NCBI GenBank assembly: GCA_965205025.1
Contig: CBDBFU010000018.1
Location: 1 to 64,000 of the forward strand
DNA from: Candidatus Poribacteria bacterium
Lineage (GTDB): Bacteria; Poribacteria; WGA-4E; WGA-3G
Direction of reading: 5' to 3'
DNA length: 64,000 nt
Position numbers and translations under genes: made by a program. Below the pieces are notes generated by a model that saw only the letters and a program-made list of their open reading frames with translations, made no database searches and was not told the DNA's origin. Of this stretch, positions 41,101-50,145 are shown one piece after another. Within the stretch, counting starts at the first letter, position 1; every line of letters starts with the position of its first letter.

Positions 41101-42467
41101 ATGCAATTGTGTTACCAAAAGGTATGGCAGACTTATTAAAAATCACTGAAAGCGACATGGGTAAAGCAACTATCTCTGTTTATGGTGCTGACTTCACTGT
41201 TGTAGGTGTATTAGGGATCGGATTCAAGGATTTAACCGATAATGACGGTGAGGAACTCACACCTGTAGATTACCAGTTAATGCAACAGCAGCAGAGCCGC
41301 GGTGGAACAGGTGATGAAACGCTTGAAGGTGAACTTCAGAAATATCTCCATCTCACACCAGATAGCATCGCTATTTTGCCTTATGAAGTTGTAATGAACC
41401 AAGGTGGTACACTTAGAAGTGTTGCTGTCAACATGGAACCTCAAGAGGATGATCCCACACTATTAGGCGCAATTGATAAACTTGATCTCATCATGGCACC
41501 ATTAATGAACCGTATCGCACTTGATTTCTTTGTGGGTCGTGACAAAGATACCTACCTATACAGCAGTATCGGTATGACAAGTTTCAGTGGTATGGGGAAC
41601 CTATTCGTCCCGATTTTGATAGCTGCCTTGATTGTGTTGAATACGATGCTCGGGGCAGTTTATGAACGAGTACGGGAAATTGGAATCTATAGTTCTGTTG
41701 GACTTGCTCCTATCCATATTGCCTTCCTATTCCTCGCTGAAGCATGTGTATATGCCATTGTCGGTGCAGTATTAGGATATCTCATGGGACAGGTCATCGC
41801 TACGACATTAGTACATTTTGGATGGCTTGCAGGATTGACACTCAACTACTCTTCAATGTCTACGGTTGTGGCTACAGTAATTGTCATGATCGTTGTGCTG
41901 CTTAGCACACTATATCCTGCAATAAAAGCCTCTCGTATGGCGGTACCAGATATTGAACGGAAATGGAAGCTACCTGAACCTGAAGGTGATGTGTGGCATT
42001 TCAATTTACCTTTCACTGTCTTAGCCGAAGAAGCCTTAGGGTTAAATGTATTCATGCGTGATTACTTTGATGCACACGCTGATGAATCTGCAAGTGATTT
42101 CTACACTGATAATGTCGCCTTTAGAACTGTTGAGGAAGAGGATTCATTCCAAATTGGTATGATGGTTTGGTTAGCACCTTACGATTTAGGTGTGAGCCAA
42201 TCAATCCAGTTCATTACATCTCCAGTCGGTGGAGAAGAAGAAGATCTCTATAAGATTACATTAGAGGTAAATCGAGAGAGCGGTGAAATAGCCTCTTGGA
42301 AACGTGTTAATCGACGATTTCTTAATCTGTTACGTAAACAGTTGCTTATTTGGCGTACATTTAGTGTTGATATCCGGGCGGAATTCCATGAACGTGGTAG
42401 AACAGAAAGTGACGATATACCTGAAGAATCTCCACAATTGGAGCCAGTACCAACTACAGCAGATTAG
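35166..42467 (+). CDS. Giant M28-peptidase-like/PA/LysM/coiled-coil protein fused to an FtsX/MacB-type ABC permease
   Basis: Signal peptide; SRVTGY; two LysM; three DGIDN repeats; VVLTAYYDS...GAD; DTPLDT; TM bundle; SNMRKRKGRT; LNTMLGAVYERVREIGI. Confidence 0.8.
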   Translation: MHLRNYMRIQRYIVVLLLVLWSNISLSYAAEGKKTLGLSEAAIQIRDELSIRNIRKDLARLSSLQSRVTGYPQAANGSKYIFDRFVEMGLQNVESREFSVTVPIDHGNSGIDVISTDGSILHSFPLRPLWPNLVRTSLLTDGIKHTVEVGETLQEIADNYAVPLTEIQQNTHNQHLPTPVVEGNVVFIPTGGLTGQLIYAGNSQLSDFNGRNVGGFWYPLQDGDTLVSLARRYRVTQASITDDVLNGHLQKASDGIDNDEDGIVDEYGEIPLLSEILGWATDGIDNNADGWTDEVPGDDTDGIDNNRDGQIDEADEFVAASESHIFIPKGAIILADFNSGTRWINAAMLGASAVIFIEPETTIRGEAENKFLTVPANIPRFWISKQDATEIRNLLDTEAQVNVQLHGKMTWERRVGQNIRGFLEGADPVLRDELVVLTAYYDSMSVVPALSPGADPTCGIAVLMEIARLFSLPQYRPGRSVLFVAVDAHFQGLAGMRAFMEGIGQDIVGTTTDSPGTPTLHGLRRGLSNDIIEFEELGRKLLLSIDRSILVDLDATFYHGLHGIREDLESLEITLEGLSTTRSQIDSLHTAQRDFSERQKKQADRSRKREKQGFTEEEKSRLNANLVRFEKEALQTTHFLRDIVSRLGQIRTLALDTSRDAQRDLIESIALPIARLDTWAIDKLNRELETDEIGDSYGTHPNTSYLLPVKSGSDYNVPTPDDLPSELVADIEMLNKTLANWEMSDQRKFALMWTPDKILDRHLDLPSLKDARKARKVLANTDEPMEEAISRERVLLQKIRDNLKDSNAIEQQIKTAITKLRDDQEYNLPNEIQNQYLTDTSKDRIETVNAQLRQRLTEAEAATETEGFDDSSTTILIEDLTRDKQGIFEIALRNVRLEESRILNLIDSHETLTREYLDEELIILNGYLTKDEVEQVKEARKHIAAYLVEAQILESVKNTAAADVISLENLIIQLPSITRDLDAQTKVLLRDNMLTLRNARFRNIQSRVEKMSRISDIEYNHKLEQIEAAVALQDLFNRYYTSLFCSIDLSSQSSQFGVFNKGWFYDQQPEFVLRREFASIGNKLAAYAADADFGVRVRKLWQATDDQIRQAVMERQWSVASQISDKEALEGKTLETLLSAHYGKLTGLGGVSRLMKMQFEQWRNRGEPSEDMLKDMDYIRKEVERFIRNDVRSAKKNRKNSIRMREQLDAMLRLRHEDPDTFTEDEIEDIKTLISIVGLGGDTNFVNAISASGGKTWKTYIPGKIAFDSEVATLVGKTGIAFATIEDARVLTDTPLDTIDRVDLREDGNLHQQAQTLASLLIQALRDPQMPTAARVGNFYCNLFGDVVEFDARESALPNKPVPYPILTLRRKHKSMMGVRGDLFVMGDNKGNFAVAGLAMEGRATRRLGGVQEVEAYILDPDSGDIVYAPDLGNYGAKLLPNKVSINTRRRGCRVVTFQCVSTTIYDLVDQRYLRTLRELEVYDALSDSPPEKFGVSKPWQQEGVSAAEPIALVYSEPETRIKIGMAYGQIGKRLLLIKATKSGMKNPTLYTGEGFVVRENGSIRLTPYVVVRDMWWLDENRSRLYKRFGISSDRLDKLHQFANEYLTRAETALFQNDYQQALKLARAAWGYESRAYPDVKRTGNDVVNGIMFYLALLMPFAYFMERLIFGFPNINKQILGTFGIFLVVFYFLSQVHPAFQITTTPIIILIAFVVLALTVIVISIIVRKFEEQLEKIRQQGNKVYKADVGRLSASAAAFSLGISNMRKRKGRTILTCATLVILTFTVISFTSVRTFMHPNRTSLPQVTPRYTGLLIRDQYWRPLEEPVLNSILNDMQKTQITVDDLERLLRQKNQLLVKQGQTEIDIPAAIAQLEQNGFIVNVDEEPILAVKNVVAPRSWYQSSGTGDQSFVQLTRSANSEDTSPPTHPLTGEDLRFAANMLVGMSEAEPSVTGIDRYLQYGKWFDREDAANWPTDWPYAIVLPKGMADLLKITESDMGKATISVYGADFTVVGVLGIGFKDLTDNDGEELTPVDYQLMQQQQSRGGTGDETLEGELQKYLHLTPDSIAILPYEVVMNQGGTLRSVAVNMEPQEDDPTLLGAIDKLDLIMAPLMNRIALDFFVGRDKDTYLYSSIGMTSFSGMGNLFVPILIAALIVLNTMLGAVYERVREIGIYSSVGLAPIHIAFLFLAEACVYAIVGAVLGYLMGQVIATTLVHFGWLAGLTLNYSSMSTVVATVIVMIVVLLSTLYPAIKASRMAVPDIERKWKLPEPEGDVWHFNLPFTVLAEEALGLNVFMRDYFDAHADESASDFYTDNVAFRTVEEEDSFQIGMMVWLAPYDLGVSQSIQFITSPVGGEEEDLYKITLEVNRESGEIASWKRVNRRFLNLLRKQLLIWRTFSVDIRAEFHERGRTESDDIPEESPQLEPVPTTAD

Positions 42468-42500
42468 ACTTAATAGTATCTAATAGAATAGGAACGATAT

Positions 42501-42686
42501 ATGGAAAAATTAGCAGGTTTAATTATTTTTATCGGAACTGGACTATGGTTGGTCAGCATCCTTTTTTTAGGCGGACGTTGGCAGTGGCAGATGTTGGCAG
42601 CACTAATATTGACTATCGGAATTTTTCTTGCTCATTTTTGGGAAGAACTCAGCGAAGAAAAGAAAGACACACCGAAAGATGATTGA
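42501..42686 (+). CDS. Small 2-TM membrane protein
   Basis: AGGA SD; two hydrophobic helices and an acidic tail; lies within the operon. Confidence 0.7.
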   Translation: MEKLAGLIIFIGTGLWLVSILFLGGRWQWQMLAALILTIGIFLAHFWEELSEEKKDTPKDD

Positions 42687-42795
42687 ATGGTTCTCGGTTC
42701 TCGGTGTCTTTTGTGGGGTTGAATACTCTCCGCAATTGGAAATAACTATGACCAACTACCGAGGACTTATTGCCAATACAAAGGAGAAGTTTTAA

Positions 42796-44784
42796 TTGGC
42801 GCGAGAGAGAGTCTCACAAGCAGATGAATGGCAATCGTGGGCACAGCGGTACGACATAGAGGGTGGTATACGAACCTTTGAATCAGGGTTAACTGTCAAA
42901 GTGTTCTTTGGTGCTTTATTTGTCGGATTGCTGATGATGCCTGGATCCATTTATCTCAGTTATGTATCTGGTCAATCCGGTGCAGCCGCTGCTCCATGGG
43001 TTGCTGTTATTCTTTTCACTGAATTAGCCAGACGATCCTTTACCACTGCACGTCGACAAGAACTATACATGCTCCTAAGTCTAACTGGGGCAGCTGTCGG
43101 TAGTGGTATGCAATATCGGAATTTTATCTGGTATGCATATTTTATTAACACCCCTCAAGCCATTTCATACGAGATTGCAGACAAGATACCCGCATGGGTT
43201 GTTCCCGCGGGAGATTCTGTCGGGGTAATGACGCGCAGCTTGCTACATCCTGATTGGTTATTACCTATAGGAGTTTTCCTTGTTAGTAAATTGCTTGGAA
43301 CGTTGCGTTTCGTTAGTGGTCAGTATATTCTCTTTAGACTAACTGCTGATCTTGAACGTTTGCCTTACCCGATGGCACCTATTAGTGCTCAAGGAGCTAC
43401 AGCATTAGCTGAAACAACCGGTAAACAAGAGACTTGGCGATGGCAGGTGTTTTCTATCGGATCGATGGCAGGGTTAATCTGGGGTTTCATTTATATCGGT
43501 ATACCCGCACTCACCGGTGTAATGATGAGTGAACCGATCCAGATTCTGAAGATTCCGTGGATAGACTTTACGCAAAGTATTGAAGGATTCGCACCGACAG
43601 GTGTTTTTGCACTACGGACTGATTTCGGACAGATGTTAATCGGTTTCGTTATGCCGTTCCCAGTGGTGATGTCGGAGTTTGTCACTGCATTAATATCACA
43701 ATTCTTTATCAACCCTCAGATCCTATACAAGAACGGAATATTATGGCAATGGCATGCAGGACTTGATGTCCGGGGAGTAGGTCTATTTAACAACCTTGAC
43801 TTCTGGATGAGTTACGGCATGGGAAAAACGTTTAGTCTCGGTCTTGTTGGCATGGCAGCATCTATTCCGATGCTTTTCAAACTTCGCAGTACCAAGAAAA
43901 AGGCGGGTGAACGCGGTTCACTTGCCACACCACCAAACCGTGGCGATTTTCCATTATGGCTTATGGGAATACTATGGCTGATCGGTATGGGTGGATTTGT
44001 CTGGCTTATCCATTGGATGGTACCGAATTTCCCACTGAGTTTCCTACTTGGGTTCGCGTTCTTATATACGCCAATAAATTCGTATATCACCGCAAGGACT
44101 TTCGGGGTGCTCGGGCGTGATCTATTTGAAATACCTTATTTGCATCAGATTACCTTTATTCTCAGTCGTTACGAGGAGATTGATATCTGGTTTGCACCAC
44201 TACCTGACGAAGATTACGGTGCAGGCACACAAGGGTGGCGTGTGCTTGAACTGACGGGAACAACCTTTACATCAAACCTTGCTGCAACATTGCTAATAAT
44301 GCCAATCCTGCTTGTTAGCGGGATCGTCGTACTACACTTTATCTGGCAAATAGCACCAATACCGAGCGCACAATATCCATTTGTTCAGATGATGTGGCCA
44401 ATTAACGCAACAAACGAATGTCTTATGATAACATCACTGCGCGATGGGAATAGTGAGATAATACAAGCCATTCGAGGTGATTATGTTGCTGCTGGTTTCA
44501 CCTCCAGCCTTGCCATTTACGGCTTACTCTGGGTCTTTAAATACCCTTCAATGTGGTTCTACGGAATAGTTGGTGGTATTGGTGCTGATCCCGGTAGCAT
44601 GGTGGCTCGATTACTCGGTGCTATTATCGGTAGATTCTACATGATTAAACGGTTTGGATTGAAACGGTGGTATATGTTTAACCCCGTTTTGGCTGCGGGA
44701 TTTGCATGTGGTGTCGGTTTGATAGGGATGGGGACTGTTGCAGTTGCTCTTGTCTCGAAAGCAGTTATTGTTAAACCGTTTTAG
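42796..44784 (+). CDS. OPT/YSL-like oligopeptide transporter family membrane protein
   Basis: AAGGAG SD with TTG start; LERLPYPMAP motif; >12 TM segments. Confidence 0.7.
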   Translation: MARERVSQADEWQSWAQRYDIEGGIRTFESGLTVKVFFGALFVGLLMMPGSIYLSYVSGQSGAAAAPWVAVILFTELARRSFTTARRQELYMLLSLTGAAVGSGMQYRNFIWYAYFINTPQAISYEIADKIPAWVVPAGDSVGVMTRSLLHPDWLLPIGVFLVSKLLGTLRFVSGQYILFRLTADLERLPYPMAPISAQGATALAETTGKQETWRWQVFSIGSMAGLIWGFIYIGIPALTGVMMSEPIQILKIPWIDFTQSIEGFAPTGVFALRTDFGQMLIGFVMPFPVVMSEFVTALISQFFINPQILYKNGILWQWHAGLDVRGVGLFNNLDFWMSYGMGKTFSLGLVGMAASIPMLFKLRSTKKKAGERGSLATPPNRGDFPLWLMGILWLIGMGGFVWLIHWMVPNFPLSFLLGFAFLYTPINSYITARTFGVLGRDLFEIPYLHQITFILSRYEEIDIWFAPLPDEDYGAGTQGWRVLELTGTTFTSNLAATLLIMPILLVSGIVVLHFIWQIAPIPSAQYPFVQMMWPINATNECLMITSLRDGNSEIIQAIRGDYVAAGFTSSLAIYGLLWVFKYPSMWFYGIVGGIGADPGSMVARLLGAIIGRFYMIKRFGLKRWYMFNPVLAAGFACGVGLIGMGTVAVALVSKAVIVKPF

Positions 44785-44801
44785 GTAGGAACATTTTGTA
44801 G

Positions 44802-45761
44802 TTGGATAGAGATATGGACTGGACTCTTTTCGGTTGGGCAGGGATTCAATTAGAGATTCCAACTGAGTGGGAAATTAGTGGTATTAGTGGAGATGAGAAA
44901 AATGGTTATATGCGAATGGATGACCAAGAAATGCCACGCTTGGAACTCAAATGGGCAAAAACACGGAAAAAGAAGCCAGATTTACACACAACGCTTGATG
45001 AATATTTCAAATTAGTCCGTAAAAACTACAAACGTGCTGGAAATGTGTCCTTCCGTAGAAATGTAACCCTTATCAAAGATGAGGATTTTTTAAAAGGGAG
45101 TAATTACCTCGGTTTCAGTTGGAAGGGGACTATCAGAGCAAATGGTTTGATTGTGCATACTCCCGGTACAAAACGGATTACCATTGTACAGGTGATGGGA
45201 CGTTTAAAAGAGAATTGGCGTCCGATTGTACATAGAATCTTCCAATCAATCTCTGATAAGGAAGATCCGAAACACAAGGTGTGGAGTGCATACGGACTTC
45301 GGCTTGCAGTCCCCGCAAACTACAAGTTAGAGAGTCAGAAATTGTTGAGTGGATATCTTCTGTTTGCATTTTCAAGAGGCAAATCACGAAAGATCAGTGT
45401 AGAACGTTATGGTCCTGCTGAAGTATTATTAAACGAATATAATTCGGACGATAATCAATTAGAAACATGGTTTCGAGCACGATATGCAAAAGCAATCCGT
45501 GGTTACGGTTTTGAGGTGAACTCTTATGAGGAACAGGGAGACGAACGTATAACGTTTGTTGGACAACAGACACGTTTCTATGACAGTGTTCCGCTTTCAC
45601 CGGTGCTTATTCTGGATAGAATAAAAAAGCGAACACGTCTTGTATTTTACACGTGGCGTTGTCATCATACGAATCGAATCTATGTAGTTCAATCCATTGG
45701 TCGTAGTGATGTATCGGAAAAACTTGGTAAAGAAGTAGCAGATAGTATACACTGTCATTAA
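44802..45761 (+). CDS. Conserved hypothetical soluble protein (two-repeat DcrB/PsbP-like pattern)
   Basis: FGWAGIQLEIPTEW and WSAYGLRLAVPANY internal repeats; lies within the operon. Confidence 0.6.
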   Translation: MDRDMDWTLFGWAGIQLEIPTEWEISGISGDEKNGYMRMDDQEMPRLELKWAKTRKKKPDLHTTLDEYFKLVRKNYKRAGNVSFRRNVTLIKDEDFLKGSNYLGFSWKGTIRANGLIVHTPGTKRITIVQVMGRLKENWRPIVHRIFQSISDKEDPKHKVWSAYGLRLAVPANYKLESQKLLSGYLLFAFSRGKSRKISVERYGPAEVLLNEYNSDDNQLETWFRARYAKAIRGYGFEVNSYEEQGDERITFVGQQTRFYDSVPLSPVLILDRIKKRTRLVFYTWRCHHTNRIYVVQSIGRSDVSEKLGKEVADSIHCH

Positions 45762-45854
45762 TCCAGTTTGAATATTTATTCGTTTGCTATTATCCGAGAA
45801 TCTGGATAGTTTAACTATGATTATTTTGTCTTACCATATACATTCTTTGGAGTA

Positions 45855-46901
45855 ATGACAACACATCAAGAGATACTGAGTTTTTTTGATATCAAGATAG
45901 ACCATTTTTCTGACAAGAGTGCAAGATGGTTGTTCCAAGACAAGGAGAATGTTCGAGGTTTAATTGAAATTCTTGCTAATGAGTTATCTGAACGAATTGA
46001 TTTTAATCAACTCAAACAGATTAACAGGAGTTTTATTCCCAATACATTACGGGAGCAAGAGTCTGACATCGTATATAGTGTACCTATTAAGCATGAGTCT
46101 AAAACAGATGAGATTCTCATTTATATCCTTATTGAGCATCAATCAACAGTTGACATTACAATGGGATTTAGAGTACTATTCTATATGACTCAGATTTGGG
46201 ATTGGCAACGGCGAGACTATGAATCAGATAATACACCGAAGAGCAAATGGCGGTTTCGTCCTATTCTTCCAATTGTGTATTACACTGGCTCACGACAATG
46301 GAAAACACCATTAACACTTGACACTATTATGGATGTCCCTCAGGGGTTTGATCCATTTATTCCGAAATTTGATATCATATCTCTAAATATCAAAGACACC
46401 GAAGATGAAGTACTGACAAAAACCGGGCATCCACTCGGGTGGTTATTAACTGTACTGAAAAAGGAAGAGACATCAACTGAAACATTAGGCAACATATTGG
46501 TAGAAGCATTATCTAATATAAAATCTCTTAGTGATGAATACTCACACCAAAAACAGAGAGCAGTTATTTATTTTCTTCTGCTAATCTTGCATCGCCGACC
46601 TGCTGAGGATCATGAAAACTTAATATCGCTTATTAATAAATCAACACCTAACATGGAGGTGCAAACCATGGCTAAGTCAATGGCTGATGTTCTAAAAGAA
46701 CAGGGAATAGAACAGGGAGAAATACAAGCTAAACAACAAGCAGCTCTCAAACTGATAAACATCAAATTTGATGATGTTCCTAATGACGTTTCTAATAAGA
46801 TTACTTCCATAACTGACATTTTACGTCTTGATTTACTCTTTGAGAAAGCTGCTACTGCTCAAACGCTTGATGAGATTGATTTAACATTCTATGACGATTA
46901 A
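45855..46901 (+). CDS. Rpn/YhgA-family recombination-promoting nuclease (putative transposase)
   Basis: ESDIVY, YILIEHQS, PILPIVYYTG and EQGIEQG motifs. Confidence 0.88.
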   Translation: MTTHQEILSFFDIKIDHFSDKSARWLFQDKENVRGLIEILANELSERIDFNQLKQINRSFIPNTLREQESDIVYSVPIKHESKTDEILIYILIEHQSTVDITMGFRVLFYMTQIWDWQRRDYESDNTPKSKWRFRPILPIVYYTGSRQWKTPLTLDTIMDVPQGFDPFIPKFDIISLNIKDTEDEVLTKTGHPLGWLLTVLKKEETSTETLGNILVEALSNIKSLSDEYSHQKQRAVIYFLLLILHRRPAEDHENLISLINKSTPNMEVQTMAKSMADVLKEQGIEQGEIQAKQQAALKLINIKFDDVPNDVSNKITSITDILRLDLLFEKAATAQTLDEIDLTFYDD

Positions 46902-46940
46902 ATTCATAGTATTCTAAGTCTATACAAATATTATATTAAC

Positions 46941-47405
46941 ATGTTAAATAAGATATTATACGGTCTAAAAATAAAAAAGCGTCCTGATGTAGATAGAGGA
47001 AAAATCCTTGAGGCATTTCCGTTGCGGAATCAGCTCATCACATGGGAAATGGACGATAAAGGGGAAGCCTCACTTGTAATACCACAGAAGGATAAACTCA
47101 TGGTGCGTCTTACAAGTAAACTGTTTATGCTACCTGATAAACGTGTGGTAGTATTGGATAGTATAGGTGCATTCGTATGGGAGATGTGTGACGGTGAACA
47201 CACGATTTCTCAGATTATTAAGGCAATCCAAAAGAAACACCAGTTGACACGAAAAGAAGCCGAAACTTCATTGTTTACTTTTATTAAGCAACTTGGCAAA
47301 CGGAATTTTATCGGCTTTGCTATTCCTACAGAAGCCAAAACGAATGAAGAGGACACACAGAAACCTGCACAACAGAAACGTTTCGGTTTCTTATCAAAAG
47401 GGTAA
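46941..47405 (+). CDS. PqqD family (RiPP recognition element-like) protein
   Basis: LDSIGAFVWEMCDGEHTISQII...FIKQLGKRNFI. Confidence 0.82.
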   Translation: MLNKILYGLKIKKRPDVDRGKILEAFPLRNQLITWEMDDKGEASLVIPQKDKLMVRLTSKLFMLPDKRVVVLDSIGAFVWEMCDGEHTISQIIKAIQKKHQLTRKEAETSLFTFIKQLGKRNFIGFAIPTEAKTNEEDTQKPAQQKRFGFLSKG

Positions 47406-47428
47406 TGTGTCTATAAAGGAGAAGAGAT

Positions 47429-48235
47429 ATGCAAGCAGAAATGGGTAGCGTTCAACCAGATATTACGGAAACTCCCAGACGATTCAAACGTGAATTACCA
47501 AAAGAGAACACAGTCAGAGTTCGGAACCTTATAAAACGGTATGAAATGGGTACACAGTCTGTGGATGCTTTACGGGGTGTGAACTTCCAGATTCAACGCG
47601 GTGAATATATCTCTATCATGGGACCGTCCGGTTCAGGTAAATCCACACTTTTTAATATGATTGGCGGATTAGATAAACCAACTGAAGGACGCGTCTATAT
47701 TGATGAAGTAGACATTGCTCAACTTGATGCCTATGAATTAGCATGGCTTCGTTGCAGGAAAATAGGCTATATATTCCAATCGTTTAACCTTATCCCTGTT
47801 ATGACAGCACTTGAAAATGTATCGCTTCCAATGATCTTTGCTGGGATGAGTGCTGATGAAAGTAGAGATAATGCGGTAGACAAACTTTCACTCGTTGGTT
47901 TAGGCGATCGTATCCAGCATAAACCGTTAGAACTTTCAGGGGGTCAGCAACAACGTGTTGCAATTGCACGTTCCCTTGCCAATGATCCAGCAATAGTTCT
48001 CGCCGATGAACCAACTGGTAATCTGGATACAAAAACAGGTTTGGAAATCATCGCTTTACTTCGACGTCTGAATGATGAAAACGGTGTGACAATTATCACT
48101 GCAACACATGATCATAAGATGCTTGATGTATCCGACCGAATCTTCCATATGGCAGATGGAAAAGTTGATAAAATAGAATCTCGTGATGAAATCGACCTGC
48201 ACGTTGGAAGGTTAGACGGTCAAGAGGTCGGATAA
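47429..48235 (+). CDS. ABC transporter ATP-binding protein (LolD/MacB-type)
   Basis: GPSGSGKST, LSGGQQQR, LADEPTGNLD and ATHD motifs. Confidence 0.93.
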   Translation: MQAEMGSVQPDITETPRRFKRELPKENTVRVRNLIKRYEMGTQSVDALRGVNFQIQRGEYISIMGPSGSGKSTLFNMIGGLDKPTEGRVYIDEVDIAQLDAYELAWLRCRKIGYIFQSFNLIPVMTALENVSLPMIFAGMSADESRDNAVDKLSLVGLGDRIQHKPLELSGGQQQRVAIARSLANDPAIVLADEPTGNLDTKTGLEIIALLRRLNDENGVTIITATHDHKMLDVSDRIFHMADGKVDKIESRDEIDLHVGRLDGQEVG

Positions 48236-48243
48236 ACTTCGAT

Positions 48244-49364
48244 ATGTCGATATACAGACGATTAGGTATCCGGACAGTCATAAACGGCAATGCAACACTA
48301 ACTCGCCTTGGTGGATCCATCATGCCACCCGTAGTCGTTGATGCTATGGCTGAAGCCTCTAAACATTTTGTAGACATCATAGAACTCCAACAACGTGTCG
48401 GTGAAGAATTAGCAAGACTTACCCATAACGAAGCAGCCTACGTATCTTGTGGTGCTGCAGCAGCGTTAACACATCTCCACTGCAGGCCTGTATCACAGGT
48501 CTTGACGCTGGAAAACGTGAAAAACTTCCTCATCTTAATAGTTCAATGAAGAACGAAGTTATCGTGCATCGACACGGTAGAGTTGGTTATGATTATGCAG
48601 TGAGACAGGTTGGTGTTAATTTTATAGAGATTGGAGACGAAAACGGCACTCCACCTGACGAACTTGAAAATGCTATAACGGATAAAACTGCTGCAATCTT
48701 CTACTTCGCAAATCCAGGTAGAGAACATCTTTGGGTATCCTATCAGAAAGGGATTGAAATTGCTCAAAAGCACGGTGTTCCATTGATAGTTGATGCTGCA
48801 GCGCAGTTGCCTCCTCCTGAAAACCTTTGGCGATTTACTCAGATGGGGGCAGATTTAGCGATGTTTAGTGGTGGTAAAGGATTGTGTGGACCACAAAGTA
48901 GTGGTCTCATTGTCGGTAAGAAATCGCTCATTGATGCAATTGCATTCAATGGTCCTCCGAATCCTTATATTGGTAGAGGAATGAAGGTTGGCAAAGAAGA
49001 AATGGTCGGATTGCTGGCTGCAGTTGAGTGGTATTTGAAGCAAGACCCTGAAGAAGTCATGCAGTCTTATGAAGACCAAGTTACCTACTACCGTGAGTTA
49101 TTTAAGGATATACAAGGAATATCTGTACATAGAAGTTTTCCATCTGAAGCGGGACAACCAATGCCACGTACAGAAATCCGATTTGATGCAGAACAACTCG
49201 GTATTACACGTGATGAAATACTTCACCAACTCCATACAGGTGAGCCTTCGATAGATATTGCAGGAGCAGGTACAAACGGTGTTCTCATTAATGGACAGAC
49301 ACTGATGCCGGGTGAAGTAGAAATTATAGGGAATAGGATAAAGCAGATAGTAGTTAATTTATAA
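48244..49364 (+). CDS. SelA-like / DgaE-like PLP-dependent enzyme, frameshifted at ~48470-48490
   Basis: GIRTVINGNATLTRLGGS, VDAAAQ, FSGGKGL and IGRGMKVGKEE motifs; removing two extra bases restores LTLSTAACITG. Confidence 0.82.
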
Positions 49365-49427
49365 CGCACGGTCTCTTTGTCTTGTTGATACAGTATAACT
49401 AAAAAATCAATAATATAGGAACACATC

Positions 49428-50138
49428 ATGAAACTAAACAATGGTATACAACTTACATGGTTGGGACATGCAACCTACAAAATTGAAGTAGATGGTAACA
49501 CTCTTTTAATTGACCCTTGGGTAGACAGCAATCCTGTCTGTCCGGATGAACTAAAAACCTTTGATAAGCTTGATGCGGTAATATTAACACATGGACATGC
49601 GGATCATATAGCAGATGCTATCCCAATTGCGAAGAAATATACACCTACTGTCGTTGGTATCATTGAAATCGCAAAATGGCTTGAGAATAAAGGTGTTGAA
49701 AATACTATAGGATTTAATAAAGGTGGAACAGTAACAGTATGTGGTGTCAAGGTGACGATGGTCACTGCCAATCATAGTAGTAGTATCACGGAAGATGATG
49801 GCACTATTGCATACTTAGGTGAGGCAGCTGGTATTATACTTGAGTTTGCCAACGGATATAAAATCTACCATGCTGGAGATACGAATGTATTTGGTGATAT
49901 GAAGATTATCGGTGATATCTACCAACCAGACTTAGCACTGCTTCCTATTGGGGATCACTTTACTATGGGACCACGTGAAGCAGCTTATGCCACACAACTG
50001 CTAAATATACCAAGAGTTATCCCTATGCATTATGGTACATTTCCAGTTTTGACAGGAACAGTAGAAGAATTCCAAAAACTGACTGCTTCTCAAGATATAG
50101 AAATATATGAAATGCAGATTGGGGAGACCTTAGAGTAA
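49428..50138 (+). CDS. Metallo-beta-lactamase-fold hydrolase (UPF0173-like)
   Basis: TWLGHA, THGHADH, YHAGDT and IPMHYGTF motifs. Confidence 0.9.
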   Translation: MKLNNGIQLTWLGHATYKIEVDGNTLLIDPWVDSNPVCPDELKTFDKLDAVILTHGHADHIADAIPIAKKYTPTVVGIIEIAKWLENKGVENTIGFNKGGTVTVCGVKVTMVTANHSSSITEDDGTIAYLGEAAGIILEFANGYKIYHAGDTNVFGDMKIIGDIYQPDLALLPIGDHFTMGPREAAYATQLLNIPRVIPMHYGTFPVLTGTVEEFQKLTASQDIEIYEMQIGETLE

Positions 50139-50145
50139 ACTGTCT

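Noticed and set aside
46941-47405. RiPP or PQQ biosynthetic cluster
   Set aside because: A PqqD-like gene is present, but no modifying enzyme, pqqBCE or credible precursor peptide is in the window.
48244-49364. True selenocysteine synthase selA
   Set aside because: The protein is the shorter SelA-like/DgaE type, and no selB, selC or selD is nearby.
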